From the NCBI RefSeq assembly GCF_009914755.1, contig NC_060930.1: a stretch of DNA of 64,000 bases; one strand, given 5' to 3'. The DNA comes from the human T2T-CHM13v2.0 reference genome, Homo sapiens. Numbering within the stretch: the stretch's first letter is position 1; the number at the start of each line of letters is the position of its first letter. Position numbers and translations under genes: made by a program. Below the pieces are notes generated by a model, which worked only from the letters and a program-made list of their open reading frames with translations, was not told where the DNA came from and searched no databases. Below, in pieces: positions 31,072-46,260 of the stretch.

Positions 31072-33149
31072 TTCCTCTAACATGTGCTTTGAGAATAAAA
31101 TTAAAACTAGAAATGATTTCTCATTTAATTCACTGAAATATAACTTTCTATGCTGTTTATATTTAGCTATTTTAATAATCAGATTTAGCCTGGCATTCTA
31201 AGATCTCTATTCTCAGTCTCCAGTTTATACAGAAAAGCAAATCTATAAATCTAGTGTGATCACTATTTCTCACGTTTTTTTCTCATTATACGTTTGTGTA
31301 TTTTTTTTTCTTTTTAATCTAGTGCTGGCCTAGAGCACCTAGCACATAGTAAGCCTAAATCAATGCATATTTTAAGGTTTCACTCATTTATTCCATTTAT
31401 CTAAAATGCTTTAGCACTTTGTTCATAAAAATTCCTTCAGTAAAAATTAAAATTGGATGTCATTTCTCCCATGATTGTCCAAGTAAGAGGTAATATCCTT
31501 CCTCCGACCCAAACCCGGGTAAGTGCTACGTTTTTGTTTTTGTTTTTTGTTTGTTTTTTAGCGCAAATGTAGCTCTTATTCACTGTGTCCAATTGTAGCT
31601 TTTAAACCTTATTCTCCCATCTTGATGTCCCATAGTCCTTAGCACAGTTTTTGGACATTCAATGACTATTAGTTGAATGGATGCATTTTAATACCGCATT
31701 TTAGAAAAAATTGTAAAAGGAAATTCCTGCAACATTACTATTACATTTTTATTGGTCCTTAACTTTTCCTTTATCATTTCATCCTGAACTCTAATTTGAA
31801 GTCAAATTCCCTACATTGTAGTTTAAAAGTTATTGAGAAGCCAAGTCTTCAAAATTTAGGCCAGCTGGTATCAATATTTCTTGAGGTATTAACACTTTGT
31901 CTTGGGGCAAATTTTTGACCTCTTTCCAGGTTAGTCAAAAGGCAGATTTTCTTTTGTCTGACTTACTAAATGAATCAATTAAACTTTTTTTCTAACCAAT
32001 CCTAGCTCCATCTTCGCCCATGAGCCTCTCTTCTGACTGTTTAAGGTTACTTTTAACATCTAACACCAGAATATTTAAGAAAAACATTACTATTTTATTC
32101 ATCATTAAAAGAAAACATGACAAGCACTCACTATGTTTTTCTTTCATTGGAATTAGTAGCTAAGTGACCTTGAACTATATGTCCAATATATCTTCCTTCA
32201 GAAACACTCTAGCAATAAATGGATTTTCTAACCTGTCCTAGTACTGAGTTCCCAAAACAGTTTCCTGAAGGAGTTTATGCTCTTCCTAAAGAAGAGAACA
32301 TTTTAAAATAAAGCTATTTTAAAATGAGGTTTAGGGATGGAAATTTAAAGCAGTTTCATGACAGTAACATTTATCTCTTTTGGCAGTTCTGATATTTATG
32401 TATTGGGTTTTCTCAAAGCTAGGTCACCTTTCTCTGCAACCATTTGGTCTGTTTTAAAAAGTGATTTCCTAAAGACCAAAGACTACCCTATTCTACTTAG
32501 AGTCCAGCTTCACACTGTTAGAACTTAAAATTCCCCAGACTCTAATGGCAGAGCTGCTTTAGGTCAAACTACCGCCAAATACAGCTGCCTAGGCTCTACC
32601 CTCAAAAAGGTCTCAGTCTTCACAAGGGTTAACAGCACCAGTTATGATGGAGTCCATAGCTGTTTCATTCAAGTGCTGTGACTACAGATCCCTATGCCAA
32701 GGTCCCAGATGGTTTTGGTTAGGTCTGCAAATACTCAATTGGGCAAATATTTATTCAACATTTAATATGTGCCACATATTGTATTAGCTCCAAAGATGCA
32801 AAGTTAAACAAGACATGATTCATGCCATTGAGAAGTTTACTGTAAATTGGTCATTGCTTTACTGGACTTCTTGCCTGCATTTCTGTGTTTTTCTAGGTCC
32901 TTGACCTTTAGACCAGTGTCATTTAAATAATTGACTTTCCAGACATCCTGCATTTTAGAGTGTTCCAGTGCTCCCTGTTGGTATAATATGTGACCAAACA
33001 TTTGTCTTATAGTCTTTATCCATTGAAATCTGGCACTCACCCAGCCGAAGGAATAAAAATAATTAATAAATATTAGATAATAATATCTGAGCTCATGATA
33101 AAGCTTACAGATTTTTCCAAAATAAAAAGGAATGTCAGAAATCATCTAA

Positions 33150-33285
33150 GTCTGCTTCTCATGTTCTTTAATGTGCATAAGGATCAGCTGGGGATATTGT
33201 TGACATCCAGATTCTGATTCTACTGAATCAGAATCAGGTATGGGGCCTGAGATTCTGCATTTCTAACAATTTTCTCCTGATACCG
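33150..33285. mobile_element. MER5A-like hAT-Charlie element
   Basis: 'cagattctgattc...ggggcctgagattctgcatttctaacaa'. Confidence 0.8.
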
Positions 33286-33539
33286 TGATGACACTTATGC
33301 CAGCAAAGTCCTTGGACTTTTCCCTGCTTCTAAATGAAGGCAAAGCCATGAGAGATGAGCAAGATCCAGTCAATATGGTCCTGGACTCAGAAAACATTAT
33401 TAAATGAATTCAGTCATCTAGTACAAGAATTGTTTGTTTGTTTGTTTATTTGTATTTTAAGGCAACAGAAGCATTGGTGGCGAGGCACTGGATGAACAGA
33501 GCTCTTGTTACCTTCTCAGGACATAAAGTTGAAGAAGGT

Positions 33540-34160
33540 TAAAACAGTATGGCAGTTTGTCAAAAAATTAAAAATAGAATTTGATGATTCTGTGATTCAG
33601 CAATTCAACTTCTGGATACATACCCAAAATAATTAAAAGCAGGGACTTGAAGAAATATTTTTACATCTATGTTCATTCACAATAGCCAAAAGGAGGAAGC
33701 AACCCAAGTGTCTATTAACAGATAAATAAATAAAATGTGGTATGTGTGTACAAAGCAATATTAGCCTTAAAAACGAAGGAAATTCTGACTCATGCTAAAA
33801 CATGGTTGAACCTTAAAGACATTGTGCTACATGAAACGAGCTCACCACAAAAAAAAAAAAAAAAAAAAAATTCTGTGATATTGTTTATCTAAAGTACCTA
33901 GAGTGATCAAACTCTTGGAGACAGAAAGTAGAGTAGAGTGGTGGTTACCAGAGCTGTTGTGAGAAGGGAATGAGGACTTACTGTTTAATCCGTACAGAAT
34001 TTCGATTTTGCAAGGTGAAAAGTATTCTTTGGATGAATGGTGGTGATGGTAGCACAACAATGTAAACTTAATATGTACTTAATGACATTGAACCATGGTT
34101 AAAAAGAGTTGAGATGGGAAGGTTGATGTCATGTGTATTTTACCACAATTAATCCTTTTA
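33540..34160 (+). mobile_element. L1MB 3' end
   Basis: 'gattcagcaattcaacttctggatacatacccaaa...ggaaattctgactcatgcta...gtgatggtagcacaacaatgt...ttttaccacaatt'. Confidence 0.88.
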
Positions 34161-37100
34161 AAAATTAAAGAAGGCTTACACAAGGGTATGAACTATCCAG
34201 TGAAATAATGCTAGGGTATCTTTGGAACCAGATTTGTTTTATGGAGGTTCAAGTTCAAACCGTCAGCGGAGGAAGTTATAGACTTTTCTGTTCACTCAAT
34301 TTGGACGAAAAAATTGACTGCTGGTGTGACTTGTACCCAGGATTATGGGCTATATTACCAATTTCTTTGTAGAACATAAAGGTCCTATTGTTGTAGAGAC
34401 TACAAACAAGAACCCAACATATCTGTCAGAACGGTAATAAAAACTACCCTGTACATCTGCAATCCTAAATTTTATGTCCTGGCCAAAATTCTCTGGTCCT
34501 GTTTCCTGGGATTGGTAGCCACAACTTTCTTGGAAAGTTGTTCAACCAATGGCAAAGTGTCTTTTTTAATTAAGTAGATTTATTAAATAAATCAAATCCA
34601 TGTTAATAATTTTGTGCATAGCTTAATTTGCAGATTTAGTATTTAAACTGTTTGTAAAATTAGATCAATATCTTTAAGATTCAGCCTTGTGATTTAATAG
34701 TAAATGTGGATGCTTAATTAGGTATGCAAAATACATAATTAAATAATTTTTTCACCTTTCTGATTTCAAGTTGAAATGTATAAGATCATTTATTTATGTT
34801 TCTAAAAATTCTTGAAATGATTCCAAGAACTAAACATGGTTAAGTGTATTTTTTAATTTTAATTGTGAGATATATCAGAGTTCAGTACTTGGGAAGGATG
34901 TACTTGCTGGGTCAAATATCTGAAGTATTTATAAAAGAAAGTTGAATATATTTAATTTATAAATACAGTTTTAAATGTTTTAGAAAATTAAACTAATGAA
35001 CTTTAAATATGGACTGATTACCAAATAATTATTAATTATTATTATTATTCTGTTCTAAGTTGATCAATCATATCCCCCTTGGAACTGACTGCTAAAATTC
35101 AAAACATCTGAAAATTAAAAGCTTAAGAAAAACAAGATTTGGGGTTTAATACTTTAATAAATTTAGTACAAATTTAAAAGCTAAAGAAACATCTAATTCA
35201 TTTATATGCACAAAAACTGCTTTAAAATCACTAAAAACCTTCCACTGGCATTCCTAGATCATCTTAGATGAACAACCAACCTGTTTCACAGGACCAGGAA
35301 AATAAATTTCGAATACTTGTTTGATGAAGTTGTATAACCTATAAGCATTTCATTGCTCCACATGTGGTGGTTGTGCAGCCAGGACAGATCAAAAGCCTTG
35401 AGGCAATACAGGGACCCCAAATAGCCTACCTGGTCATATGTTGGGTCATGGAAAGAAATGCTAAGAAATTAATTGTTAATGCCAAGCTGGGTATAGGTAA
35501 TCAGGTGTGTAGCATGAAAAGGTTGACAGTTAGAAATCAATTATGTAAATCATAGTTGAGATATGGATGAAATATCAATGCTTGAGCTTGCAGTGAAATA
35601 GAAGCAAGACAGATAATCCAGAACCCTAAAAGCAGACAAGAAGCTGCTTAAAAGCAAAGAAAATAGTGTTCTTGTTCAGTGCTGTATCTACAGGCTTTCA
35701 GGGCAGGGACCATGTCTTGTTCATCTTTTAACTCCAGTGCCTAGCATAGTTTCAAGAATAAAGCAAATGCTCAAATATCAGTCAAATGAATGAAACACAA
35801 GATAACGAAGCTTAAAAAAATTGGTAGGCAAAAACTAATAGTTAGGAAAAGTAAACAAAATGAGTGTATAAAGACTTTAATAACAAAAAGGAATCAACAT
35901 TCTGCCCATTGATCTGCCACTTAATGTGGTCAGCATAAATTTAACAAGTAATGAAAATAACAGGATAATTGGAGGGTTTGTGCATAGAAGTTGCTTCTGG
36001 TAAACAGATAATATTCCTAAACCAAAAGTAAGTCTTCACCGAGTATTTCTACAGACATTCAGCATGCAACCTTCAAACCTTCACATGTCTGGAATAGTAG
36101 AGATTACTATTTCCTTAGACCGGTGTTTCTGGGAATGTGCTCTGTACACTGTAAATCCATACCATAAATTCATACCATAGATGGAATGGCAATAGGTGTA
36201 ACTTGAGAACTGCTTCTTAAGCAGTTCCTAAGCCTAAGGTATTCCACTTTAGCTAACTAGCTTTTCAAACCCTCCTGGAAGAGACTATATCCAAGCTCTA
36301 AAACAAAACAAACAAACTAACAAACAAAAATAGGTAGGAATAGATGTTACCACCTTTCAAAAAAAAGCCACCGGGGGGGGGGTTCTCCTATAAAATCCAC
36401 TGTGAATTTTAAAGGGAAAAATGCAGTTGTTTTGTAAAATTATGGACTCTTTTTTTTTTCCTAAAATACCTTGAGAAAATAATGCTTAATGGAATCTTCT
36501 TGGTCTCTTGAAGCCAAGCTCAATTCAGATCTGAAAAACAAATAGCAAAGATTTTTCATGGGACCTAGTAGAAATGTGGCTTTGTAGGATGTCTTAATGT
36601 TTTTGTTTCCTTGTTTTGCTTGTTTTTATGTTTATTTGATTTCATTCTTGGCAGAACTCCCCTTGTAAAGTACAACTATAAGTTAACATGCAACTGCACA
36701 GAGATTATACAACCAATATTTAAGGCGATATACTACAATAATAGATAACATTTGCATGCTACTTTTACAGTTTTCAAAGGCATTTCCTTCCTTTGAGTCT
36801 CTCCAACATCCTTGTGAGACAGTCAGGGCACATTTCCACCAACAACAGGAAAACTAGGATGTGACTTCTTATACATGAGTCACTTCTCAGCTCTAGTTCC
36901 TTGAATCAGAGGCTAGACTATGTGACCTATGTTTGAGTTATGTTTGTTATCAGCTGCAAAAATGTTTATTCTCTTCATTTATCAAGTATCCTATAATGTA
37001 ACCATGATGACAAAATTGAAATGTGATTTGAAGAATTAAATTTTTATTGTTTAAAAAATTAACAGGCAGAACCAGTGGGATGGTAATCAACCTAGCACCT

Positions 37101-38221
37101 TTAGTTAGAATTTTCTTCATATGAGTTCATTTCTCATCCAGTATATGCAATGTAATACTTCTCTCACTTATATGTACTTTATTTTCTAAATCAATTCTCT
37201 CAACCTTCAAGCATCACATAATCAATCAATCAATGAAACCAATTCCTCTCATTGGTCTACCTCTTAAACATTGATTTAGCCAACTGGTTCACCAAAAATG
37301 GATCCCAAAATTATTTAAAGATTTTCTCAATACTTTTTCTTTCTGAAGTCTTAGTGAACTTTCAAAACAGCTGATCCTTTTTCTCAGGTTGTCAGGGTCA
37401 AAACCAAGAAGGATCCTAAATTCTTGATTCACCAGATGACCAAATCTAAGTCACTCACTAAACAACTCTTTGTATAATGGATATAACAGGAAAATTTTTC
37501 ATCCCTAAAGTCCCAAATCAAGTTGAAAGTTACATCCGTTGCACATCTAAAGGATACTGAAGAAATGATAGATGCTGATGTAGGTTTCTCAGCATCTGAA
37601 ATTATTTTCTACAGTTTATAAATATGAAACTGTCAATGTTTACAGAGAAGGAATCTTGTTTTATTCGTCTATTTTCCAAGTGCTTAGTACAGTGTCTGGC
37701 CCAAAATATGGGTTCAAAAAAGGCTGATTATTCTTATTATCTCTTCTGCCTGACAGAAATAAGTAAGTTTCCATTAGTGTTTGACCCAATCCCAGCATGA
37801 AGCTGAGGCACTGGGAAATCTGTCTCCATGATACATAAAATTATTTTTTCCAAAATATTCAGAGCATCAGATTAGCTAACAACATATGGGCCAGAGATAA
37901 GAGAGCACCCATCAGGGTTTTGGTGTTTTGGTTTTATAAAAACCTTGAGAAATTTTGTTTTGAAGCTGATATTTTCAAAAAAGTTCTTTGAATTTTTTAG
38001 AACATTTCAATCACTGCTTTTCAAGGGAAATTTTAGTAATTTTTTTCCAACTGAATGGGAAGCTGTGCTATGCAAACAACAAAGATTCTTTTCTTTTGAA
38101 AATTATTCATGTTCTGCTTCCAGGATTGTCAGGGAAATTGAATTTTTTAAAAAAACTTAACCAAGCAGGCAATCAGAGTTATATCATACTAGAGACAACC
38201 TAAACTCTGAAGTTCACAAGC

Positions 38222-38465
38222 TTTTTTTTAATTTTATTATTATTATACTTTAAGTTTTAGGGTACATGTGCACAATGTGCAGGTTTGTTACATATGTATA
38301 CATGTGTCATGTTGTTGTGCTGCACCCATTAACTCATCATTTAGCATTAGGTATATGTCCTAATGCTAGCCCTCCCCCCTCCCCCCACCCCACAACAGTT
38401 CCCGGTGTGTGATGTTCCCCTTCCTGTGTCCATGTGTTCTCACTCTTCAGTTCCCACCTATGAGT
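38222..38465 (-). mobile_element. Short 5'-truncated L1PA (about L1PA3-5) 3'UTR with TSD
   Basis: Antisense 3'UTR flanked by agttcacaagctttt (38211) and agttcacaagtttt (38463). Confidence 0.93.
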
Positions 38466-38899
38466 TCACAAGTTTTATGTTTCCTTCTAAGCTTGGGGCC
38501 CATGTTTTTCAGATGAGTTCTTGAGTTAGCCAAATAAGCTTGCATGACCTGTAGCCAAGTTTATTTTCTTTTAATAGATGTCTGTATTTATTTTTACAAA
38601 TTTTCCTTTTCTTTCTTTATTCTCCTGTGGGTAAACAGTCTTAATTTTCATGTGTTTCTCAAGAATAGAGCAAACCCACATTTGGCATGAAGCTACATTC
38701 ACCATTTTTTTCAGAAATCATTTCTTCATTCTGTTTTGTTTTGTACATTAAGAAAAGCTGTGCATAGTTGTATGTTATTGTCCATATTTTAAATACAAGA
38801 AAAGTGGCATGGTGTCACACAGCTATGATTCAAATCTAGGACTTTTAAACTCCAAACCTAATTGAGTTCTACTTTCTAGTGATAGAATAGTTACTGCAC

Positions 38900-39030
38900 C
38901 TAGAATAGTTATGGCAGATGTAGGTTTTCAGACACTACTTTTGGGAATTGTGACTCAGTAGATCTTACTTGGGCTCAGAAATCTGAATTTTTAACAAGCA
39001 TTCTGGATGACTCTAAAGTAAGTCATCTAC
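38900..39030. mobile_element. MER5-like fragment
   Basis: 'tgtgactcagtagatct...gggctcagaaatctgaatttttaacaagcattctggatgactct'. Confidence 0.65.
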
Positions 39031-40357
39031 ATTCCAATTGATTGGATCACATTCCAATTAAGATTTAACTACACCTGTTTTCTCTTTTCTGCCTCATACC
39101 AACAGCCTGAACTCCACTACTGGTCACCGCATAGTATGAACCAGAGGAACTCATTTTCCCATTTGAATCCTGGTTTTCTTAGCTGATAAATGGAAATAAT
39201 TATAATTTTCTTACCCCAAAGGATTAATATAAAGATCAGATAACATGATAGGCACTGCAATGCTTATATCAGTAGAATGTGTTATTTTAAAACAGAGTAC
39301 TAAAGCAAATATTCTGATAACAGATGTAAAGCACAAATCATATTTAGATGCTTTAATGTAGGATTATCTGATCACAATATGGTAAAAATAAATATTCAGT
39401 TTATATTCATAACTTCTTCAATTTACTAAGCCCTCATCCATAATCACTATGCAGTATAGAATATCCTTTATTAATTTACCCATTCCACTATCTCTGGACC
39501 TATGCACACACATTCACACATTCTAGTAAGGACAGTATCGTCAGTGTCTCCCAATTCAGATATGCGCATGTGCACCAACTAACACACACGGTTGCAACTG
39601 CTAAGTTAATGGCAGATTTTTCATGGACTCCATTCTACATTTCACTAAAAGAAAAGAGATAACATCTCTTTTCAAGACAATGCAGATTGGTTAACATGAA
39701 GTACCTATGACCATCACTGACACTTCCACCAACCACAAGGACATTGCAGGATCAAGGTGTTTTTTTCCTCAGGTGTATGAACTTCCATTACCCTCCCCCA
39801 GGGAGAAAAACAATTGGTATGACAAAAGAGACTGACACTAACGGTCACAGCTTGATTTCATGGTATACCACATGGGATTTTTCTAAAAATGAAGAAACTT
39901 TAGCATTTTCTTGTTATTTGGGGCTACAATGCCATAAGCCTTCCACCTATCCTGTGTCGACTTTAAAAAGAGCAGACCGGCTGGAAAACAAGAGGTAATT
40001 TGCATGTGAAGAATAAACAAACAGAAGTCTGCAGTATGCCATCTCAAAAAAACAGAATTGATGTCTTTGTTTAGAAAAAGTGGAGCAACGAAGTTTAAGA
40101 GAGGAAATAGCAGGCTAGTAATGCACCATCTTTCACTTTCTGTTCTCCTAATACACATCTTAAATAAACCTGACTTGATCTCCCTACATCATCAATAGCC
40201 TTCTCTCAGTCCTCACTGATCCAAGGCTTTTCCTCACCCTAATACATCAATGCACACAGCATTAGTTTTTTCTAAATAATGAAATTACCATCTCCCATTG
40301 CACTTCAGTCATTAAGTTATTTTATATTTTATAGCATCAAGAATATATCCCTCTGTT

Positions 40358-40658
<301 letters not shown>

Positions 40659-40994
40659 GAATATATCTCGGTCTGGTATTCATTGCCTTTCACAAAGTTT
40701 TTCTTCTGTCAAATTTCCAATAATTCCTTGATTTCCAATCTACCCACCCCACTACCTCTGTACCTATGCACGCACATTCACACATTCCAGTAAGGTCAAT
40801 ATCTTCAGTATCTCCCGATTCAGATATATACATTTCTGCCTCCATATTTTCACTAATATTCAAATCTATCAAAAATTATTTAGTGAGACTCTGTGCACTT
40901 AAGTGACTGTGAAAGGTTTGGAAGGAAAAGATTCCAAAAAGTTTCAAAAAGCTGGTTTATAATGGGGTGGCAAGACACTTATTTACTCACACAG

Positions 40995-41093
40995 ATAAAG
41001 ATAGATGATAGATAAACAGATACATAGATACAGAGATAGATACATAGATACATAGAGAGATAGATATAGATATAGATATATATGCATGCCTGC

Positions 41094-41124
<31 letters not shown>

Positions 41125-41130
41125 AATACA
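40995..41130. repeat. (GATA/TAGA)n followed by a (CA)n microsatellite
   Basis: Directly visible. Confidence 0.95.
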
Positions 41131-41164
41131 TGTACATATGCATAGTATATATTTTGCAGAAAGG

Positions 41165-41910
41165 GCTGCTTATGCAATCACCAAAATCAATTTCCTATTT
41201 CTCCTGGACACACATTTATTTTCCTGCTGGAAGGCTGGGAGATGAATGTATGTCTGAGTTCTGGCTAAGGATGTGTGGACGCACGTGATATATGTGTCAC
41301 ATATATCATGTGTCACATATATTAGGATGACATATTTAGGCCTCGCTCATACAAAGCTTATAAGCATCTGACTCTCTTGTTTCTTCTGTCTTCTACTAGC
41401 TGCAGAAAATCCAAGAGGATTATAAGGCTCTGGTACAGTCCTGCCTAATAAAAATATTACATGTGCATTTCTAAATGTTCTAATAGCCAAAAACAAAAGG
41501 TGAAATTAATTTAAATAATGAATTTAATTTAATCTACTTAATTCAGGAAATATAAAATATTGTCATTTCCACATGTAATCAATAAGAAAATTATTAAATC
41601 TAAATTTTCATTTTTTATACTGTCTTTAAAATGGGCATATATTTCACACTTCCAGTAGATCTAATTTAGTGCTAGCTACATTTCAAATGCTCGATAGCCA
41701 TATGCAGGCCAGTGACTACTATGTTAGACAGCATAGCTATAGGGAATAGTGGAACACTGACCTGGAAGGCACCTGTGTCTCTGAAACACTTTGTGGATGT
41801 CCATCCCCAAAACACTCCAACTATTCTATGAGCAAGGCTTATACTTTTATTTTGTAAATCTACTGAGATTTTTAAGTTGATTAATTCAACAGCTTATCCT
41901 ATCTAATACT
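41165..41910 (+). mobile_element. Old MLT1 LTR interrupted by a MER33-like hAT element (about 41435-41737)
   Basis: MLT1 motifs on both sides. Insert runs 'cagtcctgcctaataaaaatatt...gctacatttcaaatgctcgatagccatatg...ttagacagcatag'. Confidence 0.7.
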
Positions 41911-42086
41911 CTCTTATTATATAAAAACCTATGAATGATAGTGCACTTTGAGATACTTCTACCACCAAATCAATGGCACAGACACAGAACACTACAGTAG
42001 TAGAGGAGATAAGATCTCTGTGGCCTGAGTAGCCCTGGGTGACTTCACAACAGAAAATAAAATTTGAAATAAGAAAAACTCAAATA

Positions 42087-42473
<387 letters not shown>

Positions 42474-43838
42474 TCACAACAAATTAATCTCTCAAAGTAT
42501 AAGTTTATGTAACAGAATTAATAAGATTTTGGTAGAAGATGTAAATTGAGACCACGTTGAGATAATTTTAACTGACCTACTGAATGGATTTGAACTTTGA
42601 ACTTTAATCTTCCTCAAAGAGATCTCATAATATCACTTTGTTATGCAATAAATACATATTTTTTTTTCATCTTGCACAAAATAGTCTAGTGGAACTATGG
42701 TACTTAAAACCGATTAAGGCTGAAGTGATTTAAAACAACAAAGTCAGTTTTAAGACACTTAATACTGGTTTTGGCAAAAGAAAATTAAGTGTGAAGTAAG
42801 GAGTTTGAGAGGGGAAAAGGGAGAAGGCGGAAAAAAAGCATATGGAATGTATCTGTTATTTACCAAGTTCATTCACATTTAATCCTCCTTAAAAATGTTA
42901 TGGGGTAATATTTTTACCAATGCAAAAGTAGGCTTAGAGAGGTGTACCAACATCTAGGTTTTCACACATAGTATGGGCTAGACTTGGGATTTAAACCTAA
43001 TTTCATTAATCTTTTTATTCTGAGAAAGTGAGCCATTGACTAATAATTTGGCCTTAATGTATACCCACGTTTGGGAGCTCAGAAGAGTAGTAGAATGTTT
43101 GGAAAGTATGATGTGGAAGAAACAGTCAGAAATATGAAGAAAACAGAAGAGCAAAATGTTACTAAAACCAAAATGAAAGCAAATAACTTTAGCTAGTATG
43201 GACAAGAGGATCAAAACAGTTTTCTTTGAATAGAGAGCAAATGTGTGCTTATTGATAGACGAAGGAAAATCAGGCAGAGGTCAGGACTGGTGATGTTAGA
43301 GAGAACAGGGATAATTAAGGCAGATCTCTTATGCCATGTTTAGTTTTTTCACTTTTTCCTCCTGTAAACTCAAAGAGAACTTCATAGCTTATGTAACAGA
43401 CTCAATATTGATCCATAGTACAATAGAAAGAGTAGAGAGGGGATATATAAAATGCATGTATATAAGATTGGAACTAGAAGTAGCCAAGTGAGTTAGACAA
43501 GTGTCCTAACTGTAATATTCTTTAGGGCTAACCCCAAATGTTTGAGTTCTCCTTTGGTGCACAAAATAGGATTTTACTTCCACACTCCCTCTGACATTAG
43601 ACATGGCCATGTGATCTGCTTTAGCCAATGAAATATGAGTGAAGGTGACAGAAAATCTGTAGGAGCCTGTGCAAGACTCATATTTCCCTCCCACTGTCAC
43701 AGAAGTGTATAAATTATCAAATGGGATCCATAACTCTGACCAATAATTATCAAATAGAGAACATTTATCAAAGCACTTGTTGATTGTGAGGTGTTGCCTG
43801 TGTATGTCTGTGATGCGCAGATAGAATGTCAGGTTTTT

Positions 43839-44161
<323 letters not shown>

Positions 44162-44829
44162 CTAGAAACTTTCAGTAATTACTGGATGTGGTACAACCTA
44201 TTGTTAAGGAAAATTTACAAGCCATATCTTATATTACTTTTACTGACAATGTGAGGAGCCAGTAATATTAGATTGTTAAAGAATTTTTATTCTTATTAGA
44301 GTATTATATTCAAGTCATTTATATTAAAGGTATCTAATATCACATTAGCCTCCATTTTTAAACACGTAAGTAATACTCATTTTTAACAATGACTTAAATA
44401 AGATATTTATAACCCAATTTTCCTGACAAGTCCAGCTGAAAGCTAAAAAATAGGGTCATAATTCCAATAAATATTCAAATTTTAATAGATCAAACTCCTA
44501 TATATTTGATGTCTAGAATATGGTTGCTCTCATCATTTTGGAAGTGTCTCAAGGTGTTGTCATAAATGTACTCATAAATGGCACTTATAGTGCTGCCATG
44601 TAACCTCCTCTTCTTTGGCTATTGAGAAATCACCATTCCACTGACCTTGGCAATGCACATGGATGCACACAGTTGCTACTTTACTCTGGCTTGGAAGAAG
44701 AAAGGGAAACTGATCTCCCATTTAGTACTCCATATCAAGCCTGGCTTGAGTCTGTGTCTCAATTTCTCTGTTAGTCAGGATAAGCTAGTTAAAACTGTGT
44801 TAATAACCCCAAATTTCAATGGCTTACAA

Positions 44830-45047
44830 CAGGGGACAGCAGAGTACAGCCCACAGATCAAATCTGGACAACTGCTGGTTTTTGTAAATAAAAATTCACT
44901 GGAACACAGCCACATCCATTCATTTTTGTATTTTTTCTATGTCTGCTTTTGTACAAAAATGGCAGAGTTAAGTAGTGGCAACAGAGATTGCAAAGCCTAA
45001 AATGCTTACTATCCAGAACTTAACAGAAGAAAATTTGCTGGCACCTG
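44830..45047 (+). mobile_element. MER58A-like hAT element inserted in a minus-strand MLT1 (about 44768-45350)
   Basis: Starts cagggg, contains 'tttttgtaaataaa...ctggaacacagccac', ends cacctg; 8-bp TSD gcttacaa/gcttaaaa. Confidence 0.85.
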
Positions 45048-45394
45048 GCTTAAAACAACAAAACTAAATATCGCAATAGGCCAATATCAATCACATGTCA
45101 TCAGCTCTGCTCCACATCATCCCAGGCTAATGGAGGCTCAACATGTGGACAACGACTTGTAACATAGCAGCAGGAAATCACCAACAAACTTGTAAATGCT
45201 TCTATTAAAAAGGGACATAAGATACTTTTGCTCATATTTCATTAATCAAAGTAAAGGATATGACCATACCTCACTTCAAAGAGGTATAAAAATGTAATTC
45301 TGTGTTGTAGCTAGAAGAGAAACAGAAGTATAGGTAAGCAAACCTAATTATTTTACTATTCCTCACAACATAGAAAATTTAAAAACTGTAATTT

Positions 45395-46260
45395 TTTTAA
45401 TTTTTTTACAGCTTTATTGAGGTATAAGTGACAAATAATAGATAAACTGCACCTATATACAGTGTACAACTCACATATGTATATCTGGATACCATCAGAA
45501 ACAAGAAACATGTTTATCACTCCCTGAAGTTTCCTTATATTCCTTTGTATTCTTTATTTCTCTCAGCAAAGTTTTGTAGTTTCCAGTGTACAAGTCTTTC
45601 ACATCTTTGTAAAATATATTCTACTTATTCAAATTTTTTGATATAGTAAGTCATATTTTTTATTTTAAATTCCAATAGTTCATTACTAGCATATAGAAAA
45701 AAACATTTTCGTATATTGATCATTTACCCTATAACATCTCTAAACTCAGTTCTAGTATCTCTTTTGCAGATTTCACTGGATTCTCTACATAGACAATCAT
45801 GTCATCTATTAATAAAGACAATTCTTCTTCTTCTTCCTTTCCAATCTAGATGACTCATATTTATTTTCTTCCTGAGTAAACTTTGGTAGTGTGTATATTC
45901 CAAGGAATTTGTCAATTTCATCAAAGACGTCAAGTTTATTGGCATAGAGTTGATAATATTTCCTTATTTTTCCTTGAATATCCGTACAGCATTAATAACA
46001 TTACCTTTTAGATTTCCAATAATGTTAACTTGTGCCTTTTCTATAGTTTTCTGATCAATCTGACTAGGTGCTTTTAAATTTTATTAAGCTCAAAAAAACA
46101 GCTCTTAATTTCAATGATTTTCCCTATAATGTTATTCCATTATATCTTTATTAATTTCCACTCTGGTCTTTATAAGTTTCTGTCTTCTGCTGTCTTTGGA
46201 TTTTATTTTCTTCTTTTTTCTGGTTTCATAAGGTGGAAGCTGAGGTCATTAATTTAGGAT
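45395..46260 (-). mobile_element. Fragmented L1M
   Basis: 'acagctttattgaggtata' (antisense 3' end) plus antisense ORF2 pieces (tagacaatcatgtcatct; ccaaggaatttgtcaatttcatc). Confidence 0.8.
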
